Shown: one piece after another, positions 27,834 through 37,575 of the stretch | Position numbering within the stretch: position 1 is the first letter of the stretch | How the letters are laid out: each line of letters begins with the position of its first letter | From: a virus | Lineage: Duplodnaviria; Caudoviricetes | Strand: one strand, 5' to 3' | Length of the DNA stretch: 64,000 bases | Virus record (IMG/VR): IMGVR_UViG_3300042997_002652 | Coordinates: 32,001 to 96,000 of that record | Notes under the pieces: generated by a model | The model's input: the letters and a program-made list of their open reading frames with translations, nothing else | Databases searched by the model: none | What the model was told of the DNA's origin: nothing | Position numbers and translations under genes: made by a program

Positions 27834-30373
27834 TTGCTTTTATTACCCCAATTACTAGCGCCAACTTTGCGGCACTTTACTAACGCACCTGAAGCATACG
27901 CACTTGGCCAAACTTTGTAGCGCGATTTTACTTTATGATAGCAAGCATCTTTATTGCCTTCTTCGTTTAGTTCGCTTTCTGCTACTAGCTTACCGCCGCA
28001 TTCGGGGCACTTATCAGTATTTTCTGTAACTAATGTTGCTTTGTAGTTTTTATTAGGTAAACGAATAAGTTGATATGAATTTCCTTTTAAATCTTTTCGT
28101 TGCATCATTTTTGGGCCGTGACTTGCCGCATCATACGCAACTTCTGCACCAAAATGTTTTTGTAGTGATGCTGAATCGTGTTCTTGATCAGTATTTTCTG
28201 TTACACTTTCGTTTTTAGGTTCCCAGTATCTTCCTTTACCCAACATATTATCTTGATAACCATACCACTTACCTGATTTACTTTGTTTTAATCCTGCACG
28301 ACTAGCATCAGTTTCTTTTCCTGCTGGTACATTGTAAAAAAACATACCTTTAGGTTTGTTATAAGTTTTGCGTGTTTCGTGACCTAACTCATGTTCCATT
28401 TCTCTACGCTTGAAGTCGCGTTTGCTCATTGAACCCCAATCATCATTCTGTTCGTTCTGAATACCTCGCATGATAGAACTTTCAAAACTAGGAACGATTG
28501 GTTTGTCGTCTGCGCCCATTACTTCGCCTTTACCTAATGACAAACGAGTTTTATGATTTTCTATTCTTCTTTCTAGTTCTTTAATTTTAGCTTGATCATT
28601 TTGCTGTGCAGCCATTTGATGATACTTGATAAGTGTTTGTAGTTGAGGACTATTGCTATACACTTGTTGTGCTTGCTGCTGTCCTATTCCCCAAAGAGAA
28701 GCTAACAGTGCTGTACCTGCTAATACTTTTCCTATTACTCCTTCGGACATTTCTCTGTCCATCATGGTTAATGTATCATAGTCAATATAAAAGTCTGTGT
28801 CTGGGTCATATGCCAAACCAGCTTTTGGATCGTAGTAATATACTTTACCGTTTCTTGCTCTGAATGGCCCTTCTAAGCCTTGTCTTTCTTGATATTTTTC
28901 ACGATCAATGTTTGGTAGTATACGGTAGCCTTCCGCCATATCTTGATCAACAGATTCTATTTTTAATCTCTTACTGATATAATCATGTTGTGCTAATAGT
29001 CCACTCCATCTTTCTCTAGAGCTAAAACTTTCATCTTTATCTTGGCGCAACTTATTTATTTCTCTTTTAGTCTGTTCAAGTTGTTGTTGAAGTTTTATTC
29101 TTTCTTCTGGAGATGGTGGTGTTGCTTTAAATGCAGGTTTTACAGGTTGTTTTTCCCCTGGCTGTCTAATTTTTGCGTTCATGCCCATTGATTTTGCCAT
29201 ACTAGCAAAATCATCTGCTAATCCTTCCCCTACGCCGCCGCCAGCAATAACTCCGCCGGTCATTTCATCAAAACGGCGCTGATATGAATTAGCACTTGTA
29301 GAATATCTAGAACCTATTGTTTTCATACCTTCGCCGGCTAACAATAAATCATACATTAGTTTTATAACTTGCATGGGCGAAAACAAACTATCAATTCTAT
29401 TATAAAAGTAATCTATTTTTTCAGGTTTCATTCTACGATCAGGGAAACCTTTTATTAATTCTCTTGCTCTAGCTTTAATAGTTTCTAAATCTTTTATTTT
29501 TTCTAATTGTTTAATATCGTCTATACTAAAGTTATCTCTTTTGCCTTCAATGGTGTCTTCACTTAGTTGTTTATGTTCTAAATACTCACGAACAGTGTTT
29601 AAGTAATCATTTGCTTTGATAATCTTTTCTTGAACCCAACCTTCAATACCCACTTCTTCGGGAATGTCTTTGATCAGTTCATATATCTTTTTAGCATTCT
29701 TATTAGATTGAAACAAGTCACTCTTTGCCATTTCAACTTCGTGATCAGTACGGTCTTTTGCTTTTGGAATAAATCCAGGCTTGATACGATTTCCTTGACC
29801 AGGAACAATGATAATGTCTTCTTCATCAAGTTTGGCTTCTGATAAGTCTTGGTTCCAGTCTTTTGTCCATTTTGCGACTTTATTAGCATCACCCATATGA
29901 TATCCATATTCTATACCAAACACATAATTTCCTGCATATACGACCCATCCATCGTACTCAGGGTCTTTACCTTGAACCATAGCGTAATCATCTGTATCAA
30001 TGCCTTGTAAACCAACTAAGGATTTAATCCATTTTTTACCTAGTTGTTGTATTTGGAAAGGTCCTTGCCATCCTCGACTTTTTAAGATTTCAACTAGCTT
30101 TTCACTACCAAAGTTTTTACGTGTATATGGTGAGTCAGGTATTGTTAACCTGTTACTAGCTTCTGAAACATCTTGCTCTTGAGATTCTTTAACTGATTTA
30201 CTGTTAGCAAACTTTTCATTAGTCTTTTTGCCAGTTAATAAGTTGCCGCCTTTTTCGTTAGGATAAATTCCTTTACCGCGTGTTTGTGTTTTGCCTACAG
30301 GTGTAGCAACAGTAGCTATAGCCCCTGAAGTAGTTGATTCTGTGAATTGTTTGCTGTTCATAATGAAATCCAT
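27830..30373 (-). CDS. Large modular late protein, putative internal head polyprotein
   Basis: 847 aa of unrelated segments separated by hydrophobic-x-E sites; GATAAATA at 30386-30393. Confidence 0.7.
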   Translation of the reverse strand: MDFIMNSKQFTESTTSGAIATVATPVGKTQTRGKGIYPNEKGGNLLTGKKTNEKFANSKSVKESQEQDVSEASNRLTIPDSPYTRKNFGSEKLVEILKSRGWQGPFQIQQLGKKWIKSLVGLQGIDTDDYAMVQGKDPEYDGWVVYAGNYVFGIEYGYHMGDANKVAKWTKDWNQDLSEAKLDEEDIIIVPGQGNRIKPGFIPKAKDRTDHEVEMAKSDLFQSNKNAKKIYELIKDIPEEVGIEGWVQEKIIKANDYLNTVREYLEHKQLSEDTIEGKRDNFSIDDIKQLEKIKDLETIKARARELIKGFPDRRMKPEKIDYFYNRIDSLFSPMQVIKLMYDLLLAGEGMKTIGSRYSTSANSYQRRFDEMTGGVIAGGGVGEGLADDFASMAKSMGMNAKIRQPGEKQPVKPAFKATPPSPEERIKLQQQLEQTKREINKLRQDKDESFSSRERWSGLLAQHDYISKRLKIESVDQDMAEGYRILPNIDREKYQERQGLEGPFRARNGKVYYYDPKAGLAYDPDTDFYIDYDTLTMMDREMSEGVIGKVLAGTALLASLWGIGQQQAQQVYSNSPQLQTLIKYHQMAAQQNDQAKIKELERRIENHKTRLSLGKGEVMGADDKPIVPSFESSIMRGIQNEQNDDWGSMSKRDFKRREMEHELGHETRKTYNKPKGMFFYNVPAGKETDASRAGLKQSKSGKWYGYQDNMLGKGRYWEPKNESVTENTDQEHDSASLQKHFGAEVAYDAASHGPKMMQRKDLKGNSYQLIRLPNKNYKATLVTENTDKCPECGGKLVAESELNEEGNKDACYHKVKSRYKVWPSAYASGALVKCRKVGASNWGNKSK

Positions 30374-30417
30374 AAGTGATATGTATATTTATCAAATCTG
30401 TAAATTTATAGAACAAT

Positions 30418-30442
30418 AAAAAAGGGGCCTAAGCCCCTTTTT
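30418..30442. terminator. Bidirectional intrinsic terminator
   Basis: AAAAAAGGGGC-CTAA-GCCCCTTTTT. Confidence 0.85.
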
Positions 30443-30456
30443 ATGTCAAAATATTA

Positions 30457-31350
30457 TTATTTTACTTCATTTCCTGCTTGATCTACCAGTTTCATTCCTT
30501 TAGCTTTTTGTGCTTCTAGATACATAGGTCCAATAGTATTCAACAAATGGTCTTGATTTTCCTGGCAGAAGGTATAAGTACCTGTGTGTCTTAACAAAAC
30601 TCGTTTGTCAACCCAAATTCTACCACCTAGATCACGCCAATTTTCACACATAGTCCAGTCTTCTGAATAATATCTGTTTTGCCTTACTGCTGTGTCAAAG
30701 TAAGTTTTCAAGTACTTGTCATATTTAGGGTCAAGACCAATATCATTCTTATACTGCTTCACAGCAGGATGTCCGTTCATTTTTTCAAATACATGCTTCT
30801 TGGTTAATAAAAATCCAGTACCTGCTTTACTTACTTCTTGTAAACCATCGGCGCCTTCTTCTGCTCCATCAAACCCGTTTACTACCCATTTAATTGGCAT
30901 AGTTTTCATCGGGTAAAGTCCACCGATTACATCTACATCTCTGTTTAATAGAACCAGTAGATGCCATGGCTCCCAACCAATATCAGCGTCAATAAACATC
31001 AAGTGAGATGATTCAGGCATTTCTAAGAACTTGGCAGTCAGTGTATTTCTAGCTCTGCTAATTAGCGACTCGTTTACCATTGTCTCAAGAGTCCAGTCAA
31101 TGCCTAACTGTCTAGCAGTGTTAGCCCACTTGATATAACTCATGAATGTAGATTCTGTTAACATGCCACCGTAGCAGGGCATTGCCAAATGTGCTCTTGT
31201 AGTTCTTAAAAAATCTACATTGACTTGAACTTGATTTTGTGCGGGAGCTTCAGTGCCGCCGATGCTTGCTGCTTGTGGTGCTTTATCAGCTAGTTCCTGA
31301 ACTGCTTCTACTGGAATAGCTTTGTCTTGATTTGTTTTACGTTTTGCCAT
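30457..31350 (-). CDS. GT-A fold glycosyltransferase (late)
   Basis: LAMPCYGG, ESLISRARN, MFIDADIGW (DxD), AGTGFLL, YSEDWTMC. Confidence 0.8.
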   Translation of the reverse strand: MAKRKTNQDKAIPVEAVQELADKAPQAASIGGTEAPAQNQVQVNVDFLRTTRAHLAMPCYGGMLTESTFMSYIKWANTARQLGIDWTLETMVNESLISRARNTLTAKFLEMPESSHLMFIDADIGWEPWHLLVLLNRDVDVIGGLYPMKTMPIKWVVNGFDGAEEGADGLQEVSKAGTGFLLTKKHVFEKMNGHPAVKQYKNDIGLDPKYDKYLKTYFDTAVRQNRYYSEDWTMCENWRDLGGRIWVDKRVLLRHTGTYTFCQENQDHLLNTIGPMYLEAQKAKGMKLVDQAGNEVK

Positions 31351-31354
31351 GTTA

Positions 31355-31395
31355 TCCTCTTCAAATAAGTAATATTATTTACTATCTGAAGAGGA
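31355..31395 (-). promoter_or_regulatory. SD-occluding hairpin with late promoter at the loop
   Basis: UCCUCUUCAGAUAGUAA pairs with UUACUUAUUUGAAGAGGA, covering the SD; TAAATA at 31376-31381. Confidence 0.7.
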
Positions 31396-31402
31396 CATCA
31401 AA

Positions 31403-32671
31403 TTATTTTTCTGAGATATAATCTGTAGATTCGTTAACTTGACTTATATCAATAGAACGATTTTTAGCTATAGGTCTGTTACCTTGCTTGGTTTTAAAGT
31501 TTTCATATTCAACTAATGCTTTTAACATGTTTTCTACTACACCAGCTTCGTACAGTGAATGATACAAATTGCTGTATCTTTTTTCTTTGATCATTTCTAC
31601 CATACTAGAAAACTTTCTTGTTAAGTTAGATAAAAGTGATTGTTCATCCCAAGTACCCATACCGCCGTCTGGTACAATCAAATGACCTTGTTCTGGATCG
31701 TTAATAAGAGTTGCTTCTTCAACATCCATTGACTCAAACTGATCTCTATCACTAGCCACTCTTCTTTCGCTTCCCTGACTTGGAAAACTATTACTTGATG
31801 AATTATTATTCTGTGTATTACTCTGTTTCTGTTTGGCTACTTTTGCAGCGGCCATATCTTGTGCTTTTGCTTTAATACGATTTAAGTCTCTTCTATCTAA
31901 AACAAAACCGTCTTCATTCTCTGCGCGATCAACCAATGCTTCATAATACTGTTTAGTTAGTTGCGTATACTGTTGTATGTTATCCATATCAGAAGTTTGA
32001 GCATTAGCTCCCAATGATGCTAATGCTAAAGCACCCCCTGCTACAACGTCTTTCCAGCCCTCCGCTACACCTTCTTCATTTACTTGATCACCAATAATAC
32101 CGGCATCTAACATTTTTACTGCTACATCAGCCAGCTTTTTGTTTTGTTGTGTTCTAGGGTATAAACTCATTACCATTGCTAATTTTTGTCTTTCGTTTAA
32201 GTTAGGCCAAGCGTTTCTTATTTCTGTCGCGCTTTTAATACCGGGTCCAAACTCAATAGTCGGTAAGTATTCCATGTAAGCATGTTTATTAAAAGATTCT
32301 AAATTATCGGGATCATATGGTTGAAAGTATGAAGGTGATCCATCTTTTTTAGTACCACCGGGCTTAGGCTGTTCGTCTCTATCTTTTTCGCTTCTAACAA
32401 ATATTAATACATCTTGTTCAGGATTATATTTTTGAGTAATTTCTTCAGCTTTGAAAGGACTTTTTACTTGAACAAATTGATCAGGATTAACTCCAGCTAA
32501 TTGTGCTAGTTTCTTTTTAATTTCAAAAGGGAACGGACGAGTTTTGGTATCGTTAGTAGCTGCTAAGTATACATCAGCATCAGGAAACTTTTCTTCTGCT
32601 GCTTTAAACAGCGAATAATGTCCTGCATGATACGGGTGATAGCCACCTGGAAGTACTACGATCTTTTTCAT
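31403..32671 (-). CDS. HxGH nucleotidyltransferase-fold protein with inserted C-terminal modules
   Basis: IVVLPGGYHPYHAGHY, FVRSEKD, SATEIR; then VNE/VAE/VEE-delimited segments. Confidence 0.7.
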   Translation of the reverse strand: MKKIVVLPGGYHPYHAGHYSLFKAAEEKFPDADVYLAATNDTKTRPFPFEIKKKLAQLAGVNPDQFVQVKSPFKAEEITQKYNPEQDVLIFVRSEKDRDEQPKPGGTKKDGSPSYFQPYDPDNLESFNKHAYMEYLPTIEFGPGIKSATEIRNAWPNLNERQKLAMVMSLYPRTQQNKKLADVAVKMLDAGIIGDQVNEEGVAEGWKDVVAGGALALASLGANAQTSDMDNIQQYTQLTKQYYEALVDRAENEDGFVLDRRDLNRIKAKAQDMAAAKVAKQKQSNTQNNNSSSNSFPSQGSERRVASDRDQFESMDVEEATLINDPEQGHLIVPDGGMGTWDEQSLLSNLTRKFSSMVEMIKEKRYSNLYHSLYEAGVVENMLKALVEYENFKTKQGNRPIAKNRSIDISQVNESTDYISEK

Positions 32672-32679
32672 GTTAGTCC

Positions 32680-33048
32680 TTAATAAGAAATTTTAACATA
32701 TTGTACAACGCCGTTAGCAAAGTCTTTTATCTTTGCTCTCATATACACAAAATTTCCAGTAATATTTTGATATGCGTTTATTGTACTGTTTGTGTTGGAA
32801 TTGTTATCAGCTTCTACTTCATAAACCTTGAACCAATCACCTGATCCCGGTTCAGTAGCAAGAGTAGCTTCAATTTCTAAGTTACCAGTGACATTTGTAA
32901 AACTATAAGTTATAGTTTGCAAGTCTTGATTACCCAAATAATAAGCAGCGGCGGGTTGAGCATTACCAGTAACAGTATACACATTAGCGGTTCCGCCACC
33001 GTCGTATGTAGTTTGCGGTAATAGAATGAGTGTAGAAGTTTGTGACAT
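32680..33048 (-). CDS. Putative virion structural protein (beta-rich)
   Basis: 122 aa; Thr/Asn-rich jelly-roll-like composition, NITGNFVYMRAKI. Confidence 0.6.
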   Translation of the reverse strand: MSQTSTLILLPQTTYDGGGTANVYTVTGNAQPAAAYYLGNQDLQTITYSFTNVTGNLEIEATLATEPGSGDWFKVYEVEADNNSNTNSTINAYQNITGNFVYMRAKIKDFANGVVQYVKISY

Positions 33049-33209
33049 TAGGCTTTTTCAACCTCAACTATCACACTATCACCTACCAACTCTTGAGCAA
33101 CTTGTTCTAGCGCCGCTTGTAAATCATTAGTTACAATACCCTGAGTAACATCGTCTTTTACTAATTTGCTTAGCTTGATTACGATGATTTCTTCTACGAT
33201 TTTAGCCAT
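33048..33209 (-). CDS. Small hypothetical protein below the ORF-track cutoff
   Basis: MAKIVEEIIVIKLSKLVKDDVTQGIVTNDLQAALEQVAQELVGDSVIVEVEKA*; TAATG-coupled to the next gene; late promoter upstream. Confidence 0.7.
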   Translation of the reverse strand: MAKIVEEIIVIKLSKLVKDDVTQGIVTNDLQAALEQVAQELVGDSVIVEVEKA

Positions 33210-33210
33210 G

Positions 33211-33240
33211 TAAATACCCTATAAATATATAGAGTATTTA
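33211..33240 (-). promoter_or_regulatory. Late promoter inside an SD-occluding hairpin
   Basis: UAAAUACUCUAUA-UAUU-UAUAGGGUAUUUA 13 bp stem ending 1 nt before the AUG. Confidence 0.6.
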
Positions 33241-33244
33241 TCTC

Positions 33245-33925
33245 TTAAGGACGTTTTTCTAACTTATAATTTTTACCCAAGCATTCGTTAAAAAGTAAGT
33301 GCATTAATGTTAGTGTACTAGGGTCATTGTAGTTAATAAAGTAATTGTTAGTCAAATATTTACGATACCTTATACCCCAACGATTACTATTAACATAATC
33401 TTTTAATGCGCCACATAATTGTATATCTAGTGAATACTCATATCTTTTGCTAAAGTCTCTTAAATCCGATATCAAAGTTTCATTTACTCTGATACCTTTT
33501 AAGTATACTCTAAACTTAAAAGAGGGGTCTTTTGCAAAATACATTATTGCAGGCGGAGCCGGTAATGCTTGAATTATTTCTATGTTGTTATCAATTTGAT
33601 ACAACTCTTTTAAAATATCTATATTAGAAGTATAAACAGATAATGCTAAATGATCATGTAAAAAAGTAACTTCTTTATTACATGAATAGTTATTATAAAA
33701 CCCTATTAGCTTTTCACATACATCTAAGTTGAGTTGAGTTAGCTTAGGTACTGGTACCTTATACCAAGCAGTTGAATTATTTTTTCGTGCCATGCTGATC
33801 TTTCGTTTAAAATGATCCAAGTCCCTAGTGTTAGAAACAAATCTAACACCAAGGTACTTTAAAATCACACGATAACAAAACTTATTATAAAAAAGCTTAT
33901 TACGCTCAGTCAGGGTTATGTTCAC
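33245..33925 (-). CDS. Hypothetical protein
   Basis: 226 aa; overlaps the end of clpA. Confidence 0.65.
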   Translation of the reverse strand: MNITLTERNKLFYNKFCYRVILKYLGVRFVSNTRDLDHFKRKISMARKNNSTAWYKVPVPKLTQLNLDVCEKLIGFYNNYSCNKEVTFLHDHLALSVYTSNIDILKELYQIDNNIEIIQALPAPPAIMYFAKDPSFKFRVYLKGIRVNETLISDLRDFSKRYEYSLDIQLCGALKDYVNSNRWGIRYRKYLTNNYFINYNDPSTLTLMHLLFNECLGKNYKLEKRP

Positions 33926-36185
33926 TACTAACCTCTATAATACCTTGATCATTAAGTTTAGCTGTTACTTTGTTGGTCACATTAAACACAATTTCATCAT
34001 TTTCAATGATAGCCATGATGTTTGAATCTTTAATGCGTTCAAACAAAATCTTTTTACTCAAGGGTACTCTGATCATTTCATCAATCTTACGAGCCAGGGG
34101 TCTTGCTCCCATTTTGTTATCATAACCTTTATCAGCTAGATATTCAATAACCGGTTCGCTCAAGTTAAGAGTAATGTTGTGTTTTTCCAACAAGCTCTTT
34201 TTAACATCTTCAGTAAACTTAATAACAATCTTTTTAATAGAAAGCATATCAAGCTTTTTAAACTTGCAAACCATGTCTAATCTGTTTCTAAACTCTGGCT
34301 TAAAAAAGTCTTTAAGTGCTTTATCATCTTCACCAGTTTTTTCTTGTGTACCAAATCCAATGGCGTTCTTTTCGCTATCAGCCGAACCTAGGTTAGAAGT
34401 CAAGATAATAACAGTGTTCTTACAACTAACTTTCTTACCATTAGACCCAGTGATCGTACCTTCGTCAAGAATTTGCAAAAAGATATTAAAAATATCTGGA
34501 TGTGCTTTTTCAACTTCGTCAAACAACATGATAGCATGTGGATTCTTGCTTAGATCAGAGATAAGTCTTCCTCCCTGAACCTGACTATCACCGAAACCAA
34601 CATATCCCGGAGGAGGTCCGATCAATGATGATACTGAATGCTTTTCACTGTATTCGCTCATGTCGTATTTGAGCAATGGCATTTCTAGATTCTTACTTAA
34701 GAGTTTAGCCAATTCAGTTTTACCAGTACCTGTCGGGCCTAAGAACAAAAAGCTTGCAATGGGCTTAGTTTCATTACCAATGCCTGCAAATGATACATAC
34801 ACTCGCTCAAGAACCTTATCAACTGTGTCATCTTGACCGTATAGTTTTGATTTAATGCCCGCGTCCAAATTATTAATGCGTTCATAGTTGTTGTTTGAAA
34901 GCTTGTCAGCAGGAACCCCTGTATATTTTTCTACTTGTTCATGAATAAGCTCTTTAGTTATTTTAGCTTCTTTGTTGCCTAAGACTCGTTGCTTGGCACA
35001 CGCAGCATCTAGCAAGTCAATTGCTTTGTCGGGATTTTTGCGATCATGAATATAACGATCAGCACTTTCTACTGCTGCTTTAATAGCTTCTTCTGTAATA
35101 TCTACAGAGTGAAAATCGTTTAATCTTGCTGACAATCCATTTAAGATTCTAATAGTAGAATCATGTGATGGTTCATCAATTGAAATTTTGTAGAACCTGC
35201 GCATCAAAGCACGATCTTTCTCAAAAGATTCGTAAAACTCTTCCCAAGTTGTTGATGCTATAACTTTTAAGTTACCTTTAGTAATAGCTGGTTTAATCAT
35301 ATTAGCAAAGTCAACTGATCCGTTACTTGTGCCGCCTGCTTGCATGGTATGTGCTTCATCAATAAACAAGATAGCATTTTTCTTAGTTGCCAATGCTTCT
35401 AACACAGTTTTTACTTTTTCTTCAAAATCACCGCGATATCTAGAACCAGCAAGTAAACTACCTATTTCAAGAGAATACAATTCAAATCCTTCTAGAAACT
35501 CGGGAATATCCCCACTAATAATAGCGTTTGCTATACCTTCAGCAATTGCAGTTTTACCTACACCTGGATCACCTACCATAAGTACATTAGCTTTAAATCT
35601 TTTAGCTAACACATTTACAATGTCATCTATTTCTTTTGATCTACCGATAACTGGTTCTAGTTTATTTTCTCTTGCTAATTGAGTAAGATTAATAGTAAAC
35701 TCTTCCAAAATATCATCAGCTTGATTAGATGTTAAAGAAGTAGTGTAGTCGCCACCTTTATAATTCTTTTGCCAGTGCTGCGCAAACTCATTTCTAAATA
35801 CACCATACTTTAACAAAAAGTAATGGGCATGTGAGTTGTTTTCAGAAGTTAAACTAAGATACAAATCAATAGTAGTTACTTGTTTTCTATTAGTAAAAAG
35901 AACTTGGGTAACACTACGATTCATTGCTCGTTCTAATGTATTCGTTCTTTTGGGAGTAACATTAAGTTCAACAGATTCAATAGAATGTAATCCATCTAAG
36001 TAAGAACTTATCTCATCAGTCATCAATCCTGTGTCTATTCCAAAAGAGTTTAAACATTTTTTAAAGGGAGGATGAATAACTAATGCAAGCAATAAATGCT
36101 CTAGTGTTACATACTCGTGTTTGCGGGATTTTGCTTGTTCTATTGCCTGTTCAATGATACTTTCAATTTCGGGACTGGTGTTCAA
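33906..36185 (-). CDS. clpA: ClpA-type AAA+ unfoldase
   Basis: Clp N-domain, two Walker A motifs (GDPGVGKT, GPTGTGKT), Walker B FIDEAH and LFDEVEKAH, ClpP-docking IGF loop (NAIGFG), no ClpB middle domain. Confidence 0.92.
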   Translation of the reverse strand: MNTSPEIESIIEQAIEQAKSRKHEYVTLEHLLLALVIHPPFKKCLNSFGIDTGLMTDEISSYLDGLHSIESVELNVTPKRTNTLERAMNRSVTQVLFTNRKQVTTIDLYLSLTSENNSHAHYFLLKYGVFRNEFAQHWQKNYKGGDYTTSLTSNQADDILEEFTINLTQLARENKLEPVIGRSKEIDDIVNVLAKRFKANVLMVGDPGVGKTAIAEGIANAIISGDIPEFLEGFELYSLEIGSLLAGSRYRGDFEEKVKTVLEALATKKNAILFIDEAHTMQAGGTSNGSVDFANMIKPAITKGNLKVIASTTWEEFYESFEKDRALMRRFYKISIDEPSHDSTIRILNGLSARLNDFHSVDITEEAIKAAVESADRYIHDRKNPDKAIDLLDAACAKQRVLGNKEAKITKELIHEQVEKYTGVPADKLSNNNYERINNLDAGIKSKLYGQDDTVDKVLERVYVSFAGIGNETKPIASFLFLGPTGTGKTELAKLLSKNLEMPLLKYDMSEYSEKHSVSSLIGPPPGYVGFGDSQVQGGRLISDLSKNPHAIMLFDEVEKAHPDIFNIFLQILDEGTITGSNGKKVSCKNTVIILTSNLGSADSEKNAIGFGTQEKTGEDDKALKDFFKPEFRNRLDMVCKFKKLDMLSIKKIVIKFTEDVKKSLLEKHNITLNLSEPVIEYLADKGYDNKMGARPLARKIDEMIRVPLSKKILFERIKDSNIMAIIENDEIVFNVTNKVTAKLNDQGIIEVSSEHNPD

Positions 36186-36202
36186 CTTTTACTCCTTTTG
36201 AT

Positions 36203-36994
36203 TTATTTGGTTGTTCTTTCTAAATGATCGTTAATAGCTGTAGTTATTTCATGACTTATATTATCAGGCATATAAGGTTTTAGCAAGATAAATTGGTCTC
36301 CGTATCCATTTTTTTTATCGGGCATACCTGCTTTGGGTATTTTAAGTTGCATATAAGGTTGTGTTTTGGGATTTATTTTAACTTCTAGAATTCGTTGATC
36401 TATTGTTGTAAACTTAAACTTAGTACCAACTATTAAATCTAATATAGAAATGGAATAGTGAGAGTACAAATCATTTCCTTTTCTGTCAAATCTCAAATCA
36501 GGTAAAACAACAAATTGCACTAACAATATTGCATTTTCTATTACATCGTCATATCTAATAGAATCTCCGGTTTCAATTCCTGGAGGTACATTAATATTTA
36601 TTATTTTACTACCAGAATGAGTAGACAACTGCAAAACATGTGTAGATCCTTTAAAAGCATCTACTAATGACACACTAACTTGAGTTTTAAATGTTTGTTT
36701 TTGATTATGGGCATAGTTGTGTTGTCTACCTCCGAAAAACTGACTAAAGATAGTATCAAATTCAGCGGAATTCATATTAAACCCAAATTGCTGCTGATTT
36801 CTAGATGGGTTATCGTACTGTTGTCTTTTTATTGGGTCGCCCAATGTATCATATGCTTCTTGGATTTTTTTGAATTGAACATCATCTCCGTTATTTCGGT
36901 CAGGATGATATTTCATAGCTAATTTTTTATAGGCTTTTTTGATATCTTCTTGAGAAGATTTATTGTCTATGCCTAATATTGAATAATATTCCAT
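36203..36994 (-). CDS. dnaJ: DnaJ-class co-chaperone (CbpA-like, no zinc finger)
   Basis: J-domain YYSILG...YHPDRN; C-terminal DnaJ_C ([12 protein letters not shown]...GDQFI). Confidence 0.88.
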   Translation of the reverse strand: MEYYSILGIDNKSSQEDIKKAYKKLAMKYHPDRNNGDDVQFKKIQEAYDTLGDPIKRQQYDNPSRNQQQFGFNMNSAEFDTIFSQFFGGRQHNYAHNQKQTFKTQVSVSLVDAFKGSTHVLQLSTHSGSKIININVPPGIETGDSIRYDDVIENAILLVQFVVLPDLRFDRKGNDLYSHYSISILDLIVGTKFKFTTIDQRILEVKINPKTQPYMQLKIPKAGMPDKKNGYGDQFILLKPYMPDNISHEITTAINDHLERTTK

Positions 36995-36999
36995 TGTTT

Positions 37000-37028
37000 A
37001 TTATACAACACGATTTAGATAATGTCAA
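37000..37028 (-). promoter_or_regulatory. Consensus sigma70 promoter for dnaJ-clpA
   Basis: TTGACA-N17-TATAAT, 5 nt before the ATG. Confidence 0.8.
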
Positions 37029-37032
37029 TGGT

Positions 37033-37575
37033 TTAAAGCCCTGCGGACATAATAAAATCTTTTAATAGTGCGTCTTTTTCCCCAAAAAGTTTTTTAGGTT
37101 CTAATCCAGCTGCTACTCGCATTTCATTAAGTTCTGATTCATCTTCTTTTTCGGATTTGTACTCGTTTGGGTTTAGAATAACCTTTTCTCGTATTATTTC
37201 TTCACTAGCTGGGTATTCTTTGCTATCAATTTGTATTACCCAATCTTTCATTTGTATTCCAGTAAGTGTTTTTAAATCGTTTAATAATTCAATAACACGC
37301 TGAGGTACTCTTGATCTTCTGTCCAATTCTACGAACACTACATACTTTCCCGGAGCAAGCTCACCTTCACTAGTACTAGCATCAATAACAAAATCATAAC
37401 CCTTTTCAAACCAAGATACCAAATCTTCACCTGCCAATTCGGATTTTACAATAAATGACAGTGTTACTACCTCGTGATCTGGACCCATTTTAGCAGCATA
37501 TTCATCTATAGAAATCTTAGATTCTAATTGTCCTTCCATATCCAAATAATCTAAACTTTCTTTTATAATAGTCAT
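37033..37575 (-). CDS. Conserved phage hypothetical protein
   Basis: 180 aa; ISIDEYAAKMG, FVIDASTSEGE. Confidence 0.7.
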   Translation of the reverse strand: MTIIKESLDYLDMEGQLESKISIDEYAAKMGPDHEVVTLSFIVKSELAGEDLVSWFEKGYDFVIDASTSEGELAPGKYVVFVELDRRSRVPQRVIELLNDLKTLTGIQMKDWVIQIDSKEYPASEEIIREKVILNPNEYKSEKEDESELNEMRVAAGLEPKKLFGEKDALLKDFIMSAGL

